From: an uncultured Methanomassiliicoccales archaeon
GTDB lineage: Archaea > Thermoplasmatota > Thermoplasmata > Methanomassiliicoccales > UBA472
Assembly (NCBI GenBank): GCA_963695345.1
Contig: OY968769.1
Span: forward strand, 2,272,001 to 2,336,000
Length of the DNA stretch: 64,000 bases
Direction of reading: 5' to 3'
Translations under genes and position numbers: made by a program
Part shown: positions 18,673-28,276 of the stretch, piece by piece
Position numbering within the stretch: the first letter of the stretch is position 1
Layout of the letters: every line of letters starts with the position of its first letter
Notes under the pieces: generated by a model
What the model was told of the DNA's origin: nothing
What the model saw: the letters and a program-made list of their open reading frames with translations, nothing else
Databases searched by the model: none

Positions 18673-21369
18673 CTAGCTGCCCGCGTCCTTCGGCAAGGTG
18701 AAGAAGAACGTCGACCCTACACCTTCCTCTGATTCCACCCACACCTTTCCCCTATGCCTTTCCACGATCTTCTTCACGATGGCCAGTCCCACCCCGGTGC
18801 CCTCGTACCGGCCGTGCGTGTGCAACCGCTGGAACATCTGGAAGATCCGCGCCGTGTGCTCCATGTTCATCCCGATGCCGTTGTCCTCGATGGAGAAGAT
18901 CCATCTGTTGCGGTCCTCCGAGCAGCTGATATGAACCAGCGGGGGCACGTCCGGTCTGGTGAACTTCAAGGCGTTCGCCAACAGGTTCTGCATGAGCTGG
19001 CCCAGCTGCAGGGCGTCGCCGGTCACCACCGGAAGGTCGTCCAGCACGATCTTGGCCCGGCTCTCGGTGATCATCAGGTCATAGATCATGAGCGTTTCGT
19101 GGGCTATGCGGTTCATGTCCACCTTGTTGATGAGCCTGACCTTGGTCTCCACCCGGGAGTATTCCAGCAGGTCATCGATCAGGGCCTTCATCCTTTTCCC
19201 GCCGGAGATCGCGTAGTCCATGTATTCCCTGGCCTCGCTGTCCAAGGTAGCTGAGTGTTTCCTTTCCAGCAAGGATAGGTAGCTGGTCACCATCCGGAGC
19301 GGTTCCTGCAGGTCGTGCGAGGCGAGGTAGGCGAACTGTTGCAGCTCCTGGTTGGAACGGACCAGTTCATCCGCCCGCTCATTCAGTGCCTCCTCCATTT
19401 CCTTGAGGGCGGAGATGTCCACGAACACCGTGGCGAACTGCCCCTCGACCGGTGAGAAGGCGGAGATCCGGAAATGCTTGTCCATGGGCGGGAAGAAGGC
19501 GTCGAACGAACAGGGCTCACCGGTCTCCGCCACCTTCTGGTAGATGTCCAGGAACGGAGCCTCCCCGCCCCCGTACAATTCGGAGGCGAGCATGCCTACG
19601 GCTTTATCTTTGGCGATGCCGGTAATGCTCTCAAAGACCGCGTTCACTTTCATTATCCGGAAGTCCACTGCCATTCCGTCGCCATCGTATACCAGACTCT
19701 GTAGGGCCATCCCCTCATTGCTGGCCGAGAACAAGGATTCGAACTCCCGTCTGCTCTCCTTTGAGATCGTCCTCCACCAGGTACTTCGCCAGGGAGACCG
19801 CCAGATAGCCGGCCAGGTCCTCCCATTGCCCCAACGCGTTCTACCGAGAACATGCCAGTCCTGCGGTCCTTCAGTTCTAGAAGGCCATGGGTCTGGTTGC
19901 CGGCCCGCAGGGGGATGAGCGCCACCGATCCGTAACCATCCCGTCCCGTTCGGTCGCCAATGAATGAATGGATGTCTCCCTCCGTCCTGGTCTCCGGAAT
20001 CGTGGCGTTGTTCGTCCAGAAGGTCCCGTGGCCGGAGAAGGACGGTTCCGTTGGATCGGACCTTCCCGGGACCGGGTTCTCCCCGACGGAGTCCTCGGCG
20101 AGACGGCCTCCAGTCTCCGGTCCCTGGGGCTCCATCCGCATCATCCAAGCGCAGGGAGGAATCGTTCATGGCCGGCACCGGGGAAGATCTCACCGCATGG
20201 TACGGACCTTTCTCATCCTCCCCTAGAAGGACATTGACATCCTCGCAGCCGGACTCCTTCTTGAAGAACAGTGTGGCGGCGTTCACCAGGTCTTCCGTGG
20301 TATGGCTCTCATTGATCAGGTGGAGGAACTCGATGGTGGTCTCGCGCGCCCTTTCTGCCCGCTTGCTGTCCGTAATGTCGCGGACGACCGACACGGACCC
20401 GATGATCTGGCCGTTCGCGTCCCGGACCGGTGAGGCGTTGACCTGCCGGTATCGGAGCTCCCCGTTGACCGGCGATCTTACCATATCCTCCTGACCTTTC
20501 ACCACCTCTCCCTTCAGCGCCTTCTGGTACGGTGCCTCGTATTCCGGGCGGAGGCTTCCATCGATGCGAAACACCTCCATGACCGTTGCCACCCTATCCG
20601 CCGCCGGATTGGTGAGCGTGAGCTTGCCCTCCAGGTCGGCGAACCACACCTCATCGCTGATGCTGCCCACCAACGAGGTCAGACGGTCCCTCTCCTGGAC
20701 CAAAGCGTGTTCGGCCCGTCTGCGCTCCGTGATCTCCTGGAATGCCCGGCGCCGCTGAACATGGAGATGCCACGAGCTGGTCGAGGCGATCAGGCAGACG
20801 AACAACAGGCTGACCAATATTGGGAACAGGACCATGACCGAGATCTGAGTCGCGAACATCAGGATCAAGGTCTCCCCCAGGGCCAGGAAGGAAGCCAGCC
20901 CGATCTGGACGGGGAACCTGGTCGGGATGATGAGGAGAATGATGAAGACGAACGCCGCCACCACGATCACGTGGACCGCAAAGTTCTGGGGTCGGGTGAG
21001 GTTTATTATCAGGTTGACGACCATGGAAACAGTCAGCCAGGCGGTGATGGATTTGTCATATGATAGGTGATCCGCTGATCTGACCAGTATATAGAGCAGG
21101 CCTACGCTGTATATTCCCAATCCCGTTCGCAGGATCGCCAACCAGTAGAAGCCGGCCGAGTCGCCGAAGAACTGGTAGTCGTTGAAGACATAGACCATTA
21201 TGGGAACGAATATCAGAAGTATCCCGATCCTGGCCTGACGGATGTCGCTGGGAAGGCTGTATTGCCTGAACGATCGCTCCTGCTCGGCAGACAATCCGAA
21301 CGACCGGACCTCATGGAGCATTTGCTGGCCTCGATGCAATGCCCAGTTGCTCCAGCTTTGACTCCCCAT
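18673..21369 (-). CDS. Membrane sensor histidine kinase (5-6 TM, PAS, GAF, PAS, HisKA, HATPase); GAF region scrambled by three +1 indels
   Basis: ASHDLQEPLRMV H-box, QNLLANALKF, DNGIG, FQRLH, GTGVGLAIVKKIV; the GAF-like sequence lies in two other reading frames between ~20125 and 19760. Confidence 0.88.
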   Translation of the reverse strand: MGSQSWSNWALHRGQQMLHEVRSFGLSAEQERSFRQYSLPSDIRQARIGILLIFVPIMVYVFNDYQFFGDSAGFYWLAILRTGLGIYSVGLLYILVRSADHLSYDKSITAWLTVSMVVNLIINLTRPQNFAVHVIVVAAFVFIILLIIPTRFPVQIGLASFLALGETLILMFATQISVMVLFPILVSLLFVCLIASTSSWHLHVQRRRAFQEITERRRAEHALVQERDRLTSLVGSISDEVWFADLEGKLTLTNPAADRVATVMEVFRIDGSLRPEYEAPYQKALKGEVVKGQEDMVRSPVNGELRYRQVNASPVRDANGQIIGSVSVVRDITDSKRAERARETTIEFLHLINESHTTEDLVNAATLFFKKESGCEDVNVLLGEDEKGPYHAVRSSPVPAMNDSSLRLDDADGAPGTGDWRPSRRGLRRGEPGPGKVRSNGTVLLRPRDLLDEQRHDSGDQDGGRHPFIHWRPNGTGWLRIGGAHPPAGRQPDPWPSRTEGPQDWHVLGRTRWGNGRTWPAIWRSPWRSTWWRTISKESRREFESLFSASNEGMALQSLVYDGDGMAVDFRIMKVNAVFESITGIAKDKAVGMLASELYGGGEAPFLDIYQKVAETGEPCSFDAFFPPMDKHFRISAFSPVEGQFATVFVDISALKEMEEALNERADELVRSNQELQQFAYLASHDLQEPLRMVTSYLSLLERKHSATLDSEAREYMDYAISGGKRMKALIDDLLEYSRVETKVRLINKVDMNRIAHETLMIYDLMITESRAKIVLDDLPVVTGDALQLGQLMQNLLANALKFTRPDVPPLVHISCSEDRNRWIFSIEDNGIGMNMEHTARIFQMFQRLHTHGRYEGTGVGLAIVKKIVERHRGKVWVESEEGVGSTFFFTLPKDAGS

Positions 21370-21593
21370 CCTAGGATAAATGACCAGTAATTGATTATTT
21401 GATTCTTTCCCACATTGATGGATGGTGGACGGATGTTCCTGAATGGATTCCTGGAGGGCCAGGTGCCCAGTTGTCGATCATCCATTCCAGCCGATCCTTC
21501 CAGGCCGACAGGATGATTTCGTGGAGAGACTTCGGCGAAATAGTGTTCTGAAAGAGTTTGGTTCTTAGGAATGCAGGGTGGAGGCCCCACATC

Positions 21594-22853
21594 TCAATAG
21601 CGTTTCGGCGCTCCTCCGCTCATCAACGCCACTCCGAGCATGGCGATGATGATGACGACCATGACCACGATCGGCTGCCAGGTGATCTTCCAGGCCTGGT
21701 CGGTCACGGCCTTGAGGACGCTGCCGCTGCCGACATAGATGGTCTTCCCGCCCACCACCGGTTGGCCGCTGAACGAGCCATCAAGCTTCCAGATGATCCC
21801 GCCGTCCCGGTCGACGAGCATCAACGCCGTCGTGTTGGCCAGGAGAACGCCGTTGCCGAAGGTCACCGGGACGGTCTTGGCATTGACGCTCCTCCAGAGC
21901 GACCTGCCGTTGGCGTCCACGGCGTAGATGTTAAAGAAGGCGCTGGTCGAACCGGCCGTCTCGCTGTAGACGGTGGTCCCGTCCGCCAGGATGGCCAACC
22001 CTTGGAACTGGTTGGTCAGAGGGACCGCCCACATCCGCGAACCGTCGACGTTCAGCGCGTACAGGAAGGCATAGTTCAGTGTCTGGGAGAAATTGTAGCC
22101 CACCGTGCGCATCGTTCCGTCCGGGGCGAAGTAGAGGTTGAACTCCGGCGCGAAATCGGTCTCGAAGGAACTGACCGCCCTTCCATCGGGGGCGTATTCG
22201 GTGATCACCGAACGGTCAGTGAAGGTGGTGTTCACGACCAGGACGTCGTTGCCCCTGATGGCCACCGGGTACATGATCGGGTTCGATATGTTGGCGACAT
22301 AGGTGCCCTTGGTCCAGCGTTCGGTGCCGTCGGCGTTCAGGCATATCAGGCTGTGCTGGCCGGGCCACACCGGCTTGGCGCCCAGCACCACCCCTCCGTC
22401 CGGGAGGACCTTCATGTTGTAAGATACGCCAGGTATCACGAATGACCATTTCAGTACCCCCTCCGAGCTCAATGCCATTACCCCGGTGCCGTTCACATTG
22501 GTGCTGGAAAGGACCCGGGTCAGGATGATCAGCGTCCCGTCAGGGCCGAACTGGGGCGTGGAGGTCAGGTTGACCCCGGTGTTCCAGACCGCCTTTCCCT
22601 CCGGGGAGATGGCATAGATGACCGCGTTCGTTCCATCGGTCGAATAGACATAGAGGTTCCCGTTGGGCGACATGATCGGGTAACTGGCAATGACGCCGGA
22701 CCCGCCGTCGTAGGTCCATTGGACGGTCTTGCCGGTCACCTCGGTGGGGGTGGTCACGATCACGGTGGACACGACGATGAGGGCTGCGATCACCAGGGTG
22801 GTCTTGAGAAGGGTTAGGTTTGATACCATAGGAGCACTGTCGTTGGAATGCAT
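21594..22853 (-). CDS. PQQ-like (BamB-type) beta-propeller surface protein with C-terminal TM anchor
   Basis: Repeated xxAxxxDGxxxW blades (YAISPEGKAVW, ALSSEGVLKW, CLNADGTERW, YALNVDGSRMW, YAVDANGRSLW, LVDRDGGIIW); N-terminal signal and C-terminal TM. Confidence 0.85.
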   Translation of the reverse strand: MHSNDSAPMVSNLTLLKTTLVIAALIVVSTVIVTTPTEVTGKTVQWTYDGGSGVIASYPIMSPNGNLYVYSTDGTNAVIYAISPEGKAVWNTGVNLTSTPQFGPDGTLIILTRVLSSTNVNGTGVMALSSEGVLKWSFVIPGVSYNMKVLPDGGVVLGAKPVWPGQHSLICLNADGTERWTKGTYVANISNPIMYPVAIRGNDVLVVNTTFTDRSVITEYAPDGRAVSSFETDFAPEFNLYFAPDGTMRTVGYNFSQTLNYAFLYALNVDGSRMWAVPLTNQFQGLAILADGTTVYSETAGSTSAFFNIYAVDANGRSLWRSVNAKTVPVTFGNGVLLANTTALMLVDRDGGIIWKLDGSFSGQPVVGGKTIYVGSGSVLKAVTDQAWKITWQPIVVMVVIIIAMLGVALMSGGAPKRY

Positions 22854-23040
22854 CCCTTCATGGATATATTTATCCCAGAGCTTCGGACGGAAACACTCCA
22901 GACAGGACCAGATCGCCCTATCATTTCGACAGCGACGACCGTCATAACGAAGAAATGGAACAGTCGGGCTAATCCCGCCGCTTCGTCAGAAATCAATTAA
23001 CTACCCGTTCCTCGACTGTCATTCAAACGGTGACTTCAAC

Positions 23041-24618
23041 ATGCCGTTCAAGACCGAGAACACGTTCCTGACCATGGTCAACGCCAGGGACGAGAGCCAT
23101 TTTCATGTACGATATGAAAGAGCGGTCTCCAACCTGGAATGCCTGAAGGGAGAGGCCACTGAGTATCCGTTGTTCATCGATGGGAAGACCGTCAGGACGA
23201 AGGAGTCCTTCAGCGACCTCAGCCCGGTCGACACCGATATCGTGGTCGGCAAGTTCCCCAAGGGAACGAAGGCGAATGTGGACGCCGCGGTGGAGGCGGC
23301 GCACAAGGCCGCCCCGAAGTGGCGGCGCACCGACCTGGACTCCCGCCTGGCCATATTCAAGAAGGCGGCGGAGATCATGAACTCGGAGAAGTTCGAACTG
23401 GGGGCGGCCATGACCATGGACACCGGCAAGAACCGGTATGAGGCGCTGGCGGAGGTCGACGAGGCGGTCGATTTCGTCCGGTACTACACGGACACCATGG
23501 CGGAGTACAACGGCTTCGCCGAGGACATGAAACCGGCGTATGATGACGAGTTCCCCATCAGCGTCATGCTTCCCTGGGGGGTGTTCGCCGTGGTGGCGCC
23601 GTTCAACTTCCCCTTGGCCATCACCGCAGGCATGACCGTGGCGGCGCTGATCACCGGGAATGCCGTGGTCCTCAAACCCTCCTCGGCGGCTCCCATGATG
23701 CCCTACCTGCTCTATGACGTGCTGTGGAGGGCCGGGCTTCCACCAGGGGTGCTGAACGTGGTCACCGGATCCGGCGGGGAGGTGGGCGATTCCCTGGTCC
23801 GCCACGAACAGATCAACGGCATCGCGTTCACCGGATCGAAGAAGGTCGGCTATGAGCTGATTTCCATGAACCCGAAGCGGTACCCGATACCGGTCATCAC
23901 CGAACTGGGCGGCAAGAACGCCTGCATCGTCTCGGACAAGGCCGACCTGGGGAAGGCCATCCCGGGAGTGATGGGATCGGCATACACCTATTGCGGACAG
24001 AAATGCTCGGCATTGTCACGGCTCTATGTGCATGAGAAGGTGTACAAGGAGTTCATGAAGATGCTCGTGAACACCGTTCAGGCGCTCAAGGTGGCCGATC
24101 CCCGGGAGAACGATACGGTGCTCGGCCCGCTGATCAGCGGCGAGGCCCGCCAGAACTTCGACGAGTACGTCGAGATCGCCCAGAGGGACGGCGGCAAGGT
24201 GACCGGGGGCAAGCACGTGGAGGAAGGCGAGCTCAGCCGGGGGTTCTACGTCGAGCCCACCATCGTGGAGAACCTTCCGGAGGACCACAAGCTGGTCAAG
24301 CAGGAGCTGTTCGTCCCGATACTGTGCGTGCAGAAGTACCGGAAGTTCGAGGACGCGATCCGCATGGCCAATGACGTGGACTACGGCCTGACCGCCGGGA
24401 TCTACAGCCGCGACCACGAAGAGCTGGACCATTTCTTCGAGAACATCGAGGCGGGAGTGGTCTATGCCAACCGGAGGCGGGGGGCCACCACTGGCTCAAT
24501 GGTCGGGGCGCAGCCGTTCGGCGGGTGGAAGCAGTCGGGCAACACCGGAAAGAACTCCGGGTCCCCATGGTATCTTACCCAGTTCATGAGGATGCAATCG
24601 AGGACGCTTGGAAAATGA
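23041..24618 (+). CDS. Aldehyde dehydrogenase, 1-pyrroline-5-carboxylate dehydrogenase-like (copy 1)
   Basis: PFNFPLAI, LKPS, FTGS, ELGGKN, GQKCSA (catalytic Cys), ELFVP, YGLTAG, YANR..GATTG..QPFGGWKQSG. Confidence 0.92.
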   Translation: MPFKTENTFLTMVNARDESHFHVRYERAVSNLECLKGEATEYPLFIDGKTVRTKESFSDLSPVDTDIVVGKFPKGTKANVDAAVEAAHKAAPKWRRTDLDSRLAIFKKAAEIMNSEKFELGAAMTMDTGKNRYEALAEVDEAVDFVRYYTDTMAEYNGFAEDMKPAYDDEFPISVMLPWGVFAVVAPFNFPLAITAGMTVAALITGNAVVLKPSSAAPMMPYLLYDVLWRAGLPPGVLNVVTGSGGEVGDSLVRHEQINGIAFTGSKKVGYELISMNPKRYPIPVITELGGKNACIVSDKADLGKAIPGVMGSAYTYCGQKCSALSRLYVHEKVYKEFMKMLVNTVQALKVADPRENDTVLGPLISGEARQNFDEYVEIAQRDGGKVTGGKHVEEGELSRGFYVEPTIVENLPEDHKLVKQELFVPILCVQKYRKFEDAIRMANDVDYGLTAGIYSRDHEELDHFFENIEAGVVYANRRRGATTGSMVGAQPFGGWKQSGNTGKNSGSPWYLTQFMRMQSRTLGK

Positions 24619-24652
24619 GCATCAACCGGAACAGTCTGTGGAGGAATGAGGG

Positions 24653-25009
24653 ATGGCAGACACTTTCGTGGTCATGGTCACGCTGGACGGCAGGAACCAA
24701 TTCAATCGAATTCTGGAGGGAGAGGGTGCGGCAAAGGCCGCGGCGAAACGCTACGCGAAGGATATCCTGAACATACAGGAGAAAGGGGACAGGGGCTGCT
24801 GGGAGGTGTTCACCTCCAAGGTGGTCGACCGGCAATCGTTCACCTACGGCGGGCCGAACATGTTCCTCGGCGCTCCCCCGGGCGGAAGGATCATGGTCGG
24901 ATCCGATGGGACCTCCTGTGAGCAGGGCTGGCGCATGCTGATGTATGCCAGAAGGAACTCTCTGGAAAAAGGGTCGGTGATGCAAGCGGAGATGTGCTGC
25001 GGACTCTGA
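24653..25009 (+). CDS. Hypothetical protein (118 aa) ending in CCGL
   Basis: GGAGG/GAGG SD-like sequence upstream; codon usage like neighbours; lies directly after ALDH copy 1. Confidence 0.6.
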   Translation: MADTFVVMVTLDGRNQFNRILEGEGAAKAAAKRYAKDILNIQEKGDRGCWEVFTSKVVDRQSFTYGGPNMFLGAPPGGRIMVGSDGTSCEQGWRMLMYARRNSLEKGSVMQAEMCCGL

Positions 25010-25162
25010 TCAACCCGTCCGTTTCCTGCTCCAACCTTGCGTGCTCCATCCATCAGAATCGGCCGCATCGTTCCTGTCACCGGATGGAACCGCCTTCGCC
25101 GCCGGGACATTTCATGGAAAAAGTGCCCATGGCCAGAGTGTTTCAGATCCCGCTCAGGAGCG

Positions 25163-28081
25163 CTAATCCTGATTGAAACGGAACCTACCTTCCGGCACCG
25201 TTATTTCGAACCTTACTCCCTTTCCCGGTTCGCCCGTCTCCTTGATCTCGATATCGGTGATGGACAGGATCTCCCTGGAAAGATGGAGTCCGAGACCGGT
25301 CCCCTTCCCGAATCCCATTTCGAAGATCCTCTCTTTTTCCCCGCGCATTATGCCCGGTCCCTGGTCCTCATACACCAGCACCATTGAGTTGCCCTTCATC
25401 TCGAAACCGATGCGGACGATGAGCGGCCTTCTCGCGTACTTGACCGTGTCCTCCATGATGTTGTGGAAGACCTTCCCCAGCATGGGGTCGGCATACACCT
25501 GCAGCCGTTCCAGCCTTCCGTCCGTTTCCAGCTCGGCTATCTCCCGGACATCGGGCAGTTGTTGGATGATATGGGCCACGTTCTGCCACAGGGGCAAGGC
25601 GGTCCCCATCTCCTGGTAGTCCTTGGCGAACTGGAGCTGGGAGTTTATGACATTGGCGGACATCCCGATCCTTTCCAGCCGCTCAGCGATGGCGCTGCCT
25701 TCGTCTGAAGACCTGGCCAGTGTCAGGTTTCCCTGGAGGACCAGGAGCTGGTTCAGGATGTCATGGCGGGTTATGCTGTTGAGGATCTTCAGTTTCTCGG
25801 TGGCGCGCTCGAGCCTCATGTCGGCGATCTTACGCTCGGTGATATCCCGGCAGACCACCAGGATCGCTGGCTTGCCTTGGTAATCGATCAGTTTCGCGCT
25901 GATCTCGGAAGGGACGATACGACCATCCTTGGTCATGTGGGAGGACTCGAACACGGCGCAACCCTTCTCCACCACCCTCCTTTTCTTCTCCGGTATGTCC
26001 TTGACCGATCCGAGAACGTCGAGGTCCTCGGGCCTCATGCCGCACATCTCCTCCCTGGAATAGCCGAAACGTTCGCATGCCAGATCGTTGACCTCGAAGA
26101 ACGGTCCGTCCGGTTCGTGGATCATGACGGCATCCTGCATGTTGTTGAAGATGTCGCGGAACTTCCTCTCGCTCTCCTCGATGATCTCGGCATCCCGGCG
26201 CCGTTCCGAGATATCGACGATCGAGGCGATGGTCCCCCCGAAGACGCCCCCCTCGAAGAGTGGCTCCGCGGTTATCTGGACCCATATCACGGTACCGTCA
26301 CCGCGGACGAACCGGTAATCCGCTTTGCCCCGTTCCCCCTTGACACGCACGGCGTAGTTGCTCCGAGCCAGTTCCTTGTGCTCATCGGCTATCAGGTCGA
26401 TCGGTGACAGACCGACCAACTCCTCGGACTTCATTCGAAGGAGCTCCTGAACGGTCTTGTTGGCGTAGATTATCCGGTTGGACGCGTCAGAAACCAGTAT
26501 GCCTACCGCCAAACTGTTTAGGACCCGGTTATGCCGGAGCTCCGATTCCTCGACCAGGCGCTTTGTCCTCTCCATGTCGGAGATGTCATGCACTATGGAG
26601 AACAGGAGGGACCGGCCCTCGAACTCGATGGGGCCGCTGAACACCTCGACGTCCCGTACCTCCCCGGACGCCATACGGTGCTGGAAAATGAAGTACTGCC
26701 TCTTCTCCGCATGGGCAGAGCGCAATTTCTCCGCCACCATGCTCGGGTCGAGGGTGTTGATGTCGGTTATGCGCATCGCCATGAACCTGTCGCGTCCATA
26801 TCCATAGAAATCGATGGCCGCCCGGTTGGCGTAGACTATGTCCCCGTTCTTCGGTTCGATGATCAGCATGTTGGCCTTGTTGTTGTCCAGCAGGCCTATG
26901 ATGTTCTTCTCGCGGATACGGAACTCCCTCTCCATGAGTGACTGGACGGTGTAGTCCATGAAGCTCCAGAACCTTCCCACGACCTCCGTCCCGAGCATCA
27001 CCGGCTTGGCACTGGCCTCGAAAATTCGACCGTCCAGGAGATCGACGGTCCATCTCTTCTCGTCAAGCGGATGCTCGTACAGCTCATGGATGGACGAAAT
27101 GAATTGATCGGGCGCCCGTACCTGATCCGCTATCCGGGCCATCAGGCTGCTCCCGATCCCCGCATCCAGAGCGCCTTCCGCCAGGCCCCACATGTCCAGG
27201 AACCTTTGGTTGGACTCCGTCACCTTGCGGTCCATGCCGGTGACCATGATGCCCTCCTCGCTGGAATCGAACGCTGCCTTGATCAATGACAGGGACCGCT
27301 GCAGTTTCGCCTCGTTCCGCTTGGCATCGGTGACATCGGTCCCGAAAAGCTGTATCTCCTCAACCGTTTCCTGTTCGTTCCGTACCAGACTGCATGTCCA
27401 TTGGACCCACCGCTTCTCGCCTTCCCTGGTCCGGAAAGAATGGGCCAGGGTCTGTGCCTCCCCATGCTTGGCGAACATGATTTGGAAGATGTGGCGCGGG
27501 TGTTCGTCCTTGCCGGATCTAGCCCTGTCCAGCCATTCGAGGAAGCTGGTGCCGACCAATGCCTCTCCCCATCCCAGCTGTCTCAGGCCATACGGATTGA
27601 CATAGGTGACCCGCATCTCACGGTCAAGCCTGATGGCGATGGCGTTGATCTCATCCATCGGATCGATGTCCTTTCTGTGGAACAAGGCGATGGGCCTCTC
27701 CGTCACATGGTTCCCGGCCATCTGCCTGATGGCATTGCGCAATCGCCCAAACTGGATCGAGGGGTCGCCCTCTTTCTGCAGGCACAGGTCCGCCCCGCAA
27801 TCCATCGCTTCATCGGTCACCCCCGGCTGATCATGGCTGGCCAAAAGGATGAATGGGATGTGTCCAGGCCGAGAGCGGATCCGCTTCAACAGATCGATAC
27901 CGTTCGCATCGGGCAGCCGATAGCCGGAAATGACGACCCCATAGTCCGTGCGGGCCATTTCCCTCTCGGCCTCATGGACCGATAACGCGGTGTCCATCTC
28001 TATCTGGCCAGAAACCTCGACGAATTCCCTGCACAGGTCAAGGAGCGACGGTTCGTCATCAACGTAAAGGACCTTGATCAA
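25163..28081 (-). CDS. Soluble hybrid histidine kinase: pseudo-receiver, ~5 PAS domains, archaeal HisKA, HATPase
   Basis: TTG start, IKVLYVDDEP; several PAS domains (VNP..LGW, NQRF..W, NRAA..YGY, NK..L, NDLAC..GYSREE); ITRHDILNQL; DQGPGI; GTGLGL. Confidence 0.9.
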   Translation of the reverse strand: MIKVLYVDDEPSLLDLCREFVEVSGQIEMDTALSVHEAEREMARTDYGVVISGYRLPDANGIDLLKRIRSRPGHIPFILLASHDQPGVTDEAMDCGADLCLQKEGDPSIQFGRLRNAIRQMAGNHVTERPIALFHRKDIDPMDEINAIAIRLDREMRVTYVNPYGLRQLGWGEALVGTSFLEWLDRARSGKDEHPRHIFQIMFAKHGEAQTLAHSFRTREGEKRWVQWTCSLVRNEQETVEEIQLFGTDVTDAKRNEAKLQRSLSLIKAAFDSSEEGIMVTGMDRKVTESNQRFLDMWGLAEGALDAGIGSSLMARIADQVRAPDQFISSIHELYEHPLDEKRWTVDLLDGRIFEASAKPVMLGTEVVGRFWSFMDYTVQSLMEREFRIREKNIIGLLDNNKANMLIIEPKNGDIVYANRAAIDFYGYGRDRFMAMRITDINTLDPSMVAEKLRSAHAEKRQYFIFQHRMASGEVRDVEVFSGPIEFEGRSLLFSIVHDISDMERTKRLVEESELRHNRVLNSLAVGILVSDASNRIIYANKTVQELLRMKSEELVGLSPIDLIADEHKELARSNYAVRVKGERGKADYRFVRGDGTVIWVQITAEPLFEGGVFGGTIASIVDISERRRDAEIIEESERKFRDIFNNMQDAVMIHEPDGPFFEVNDLACERFGYSREEMCGMRPEDLDVLGSVKDIPEKKRRVVEKGCAVFESSHMTKDGRIVPSEISAKLIDYQGKPAILVVCRDITERKIADMRLERATEKLKILNSITRHDILNQLLVLQGNLTLARSSDEGSAIAERLERIGMSANVINSQLQFAKDYQEMGTALPLWQNVAHIIQQLPDVREIAELETDGRLERLQVYADPMLGKVFHNIMEDTVKYARRPLIVRIGFEMKGNSMVLVYEDQGPGIMRGEKERIFEMGFGKGTGLGLHLSREILSITDIEIKETGEPGKGVRFEITVPEGRFRFNQD

Positions 28082-28276
28082 TACTGGACCTGCCTGATGT
28101 TCTTTTTAACACGCTCTTCATATATAATCTACCCTTTCTGAATAACAATGGCCAGTATGTGGATTCAACGATCTTTCTGTGTCCAGATTATTTACGATTT
28201 GCGAAATGATAGGACCTTGAAAGGCATGGATAGTTACAAATCAGCGGCCCCCATTTTATGACAAGACGTGATCGAT

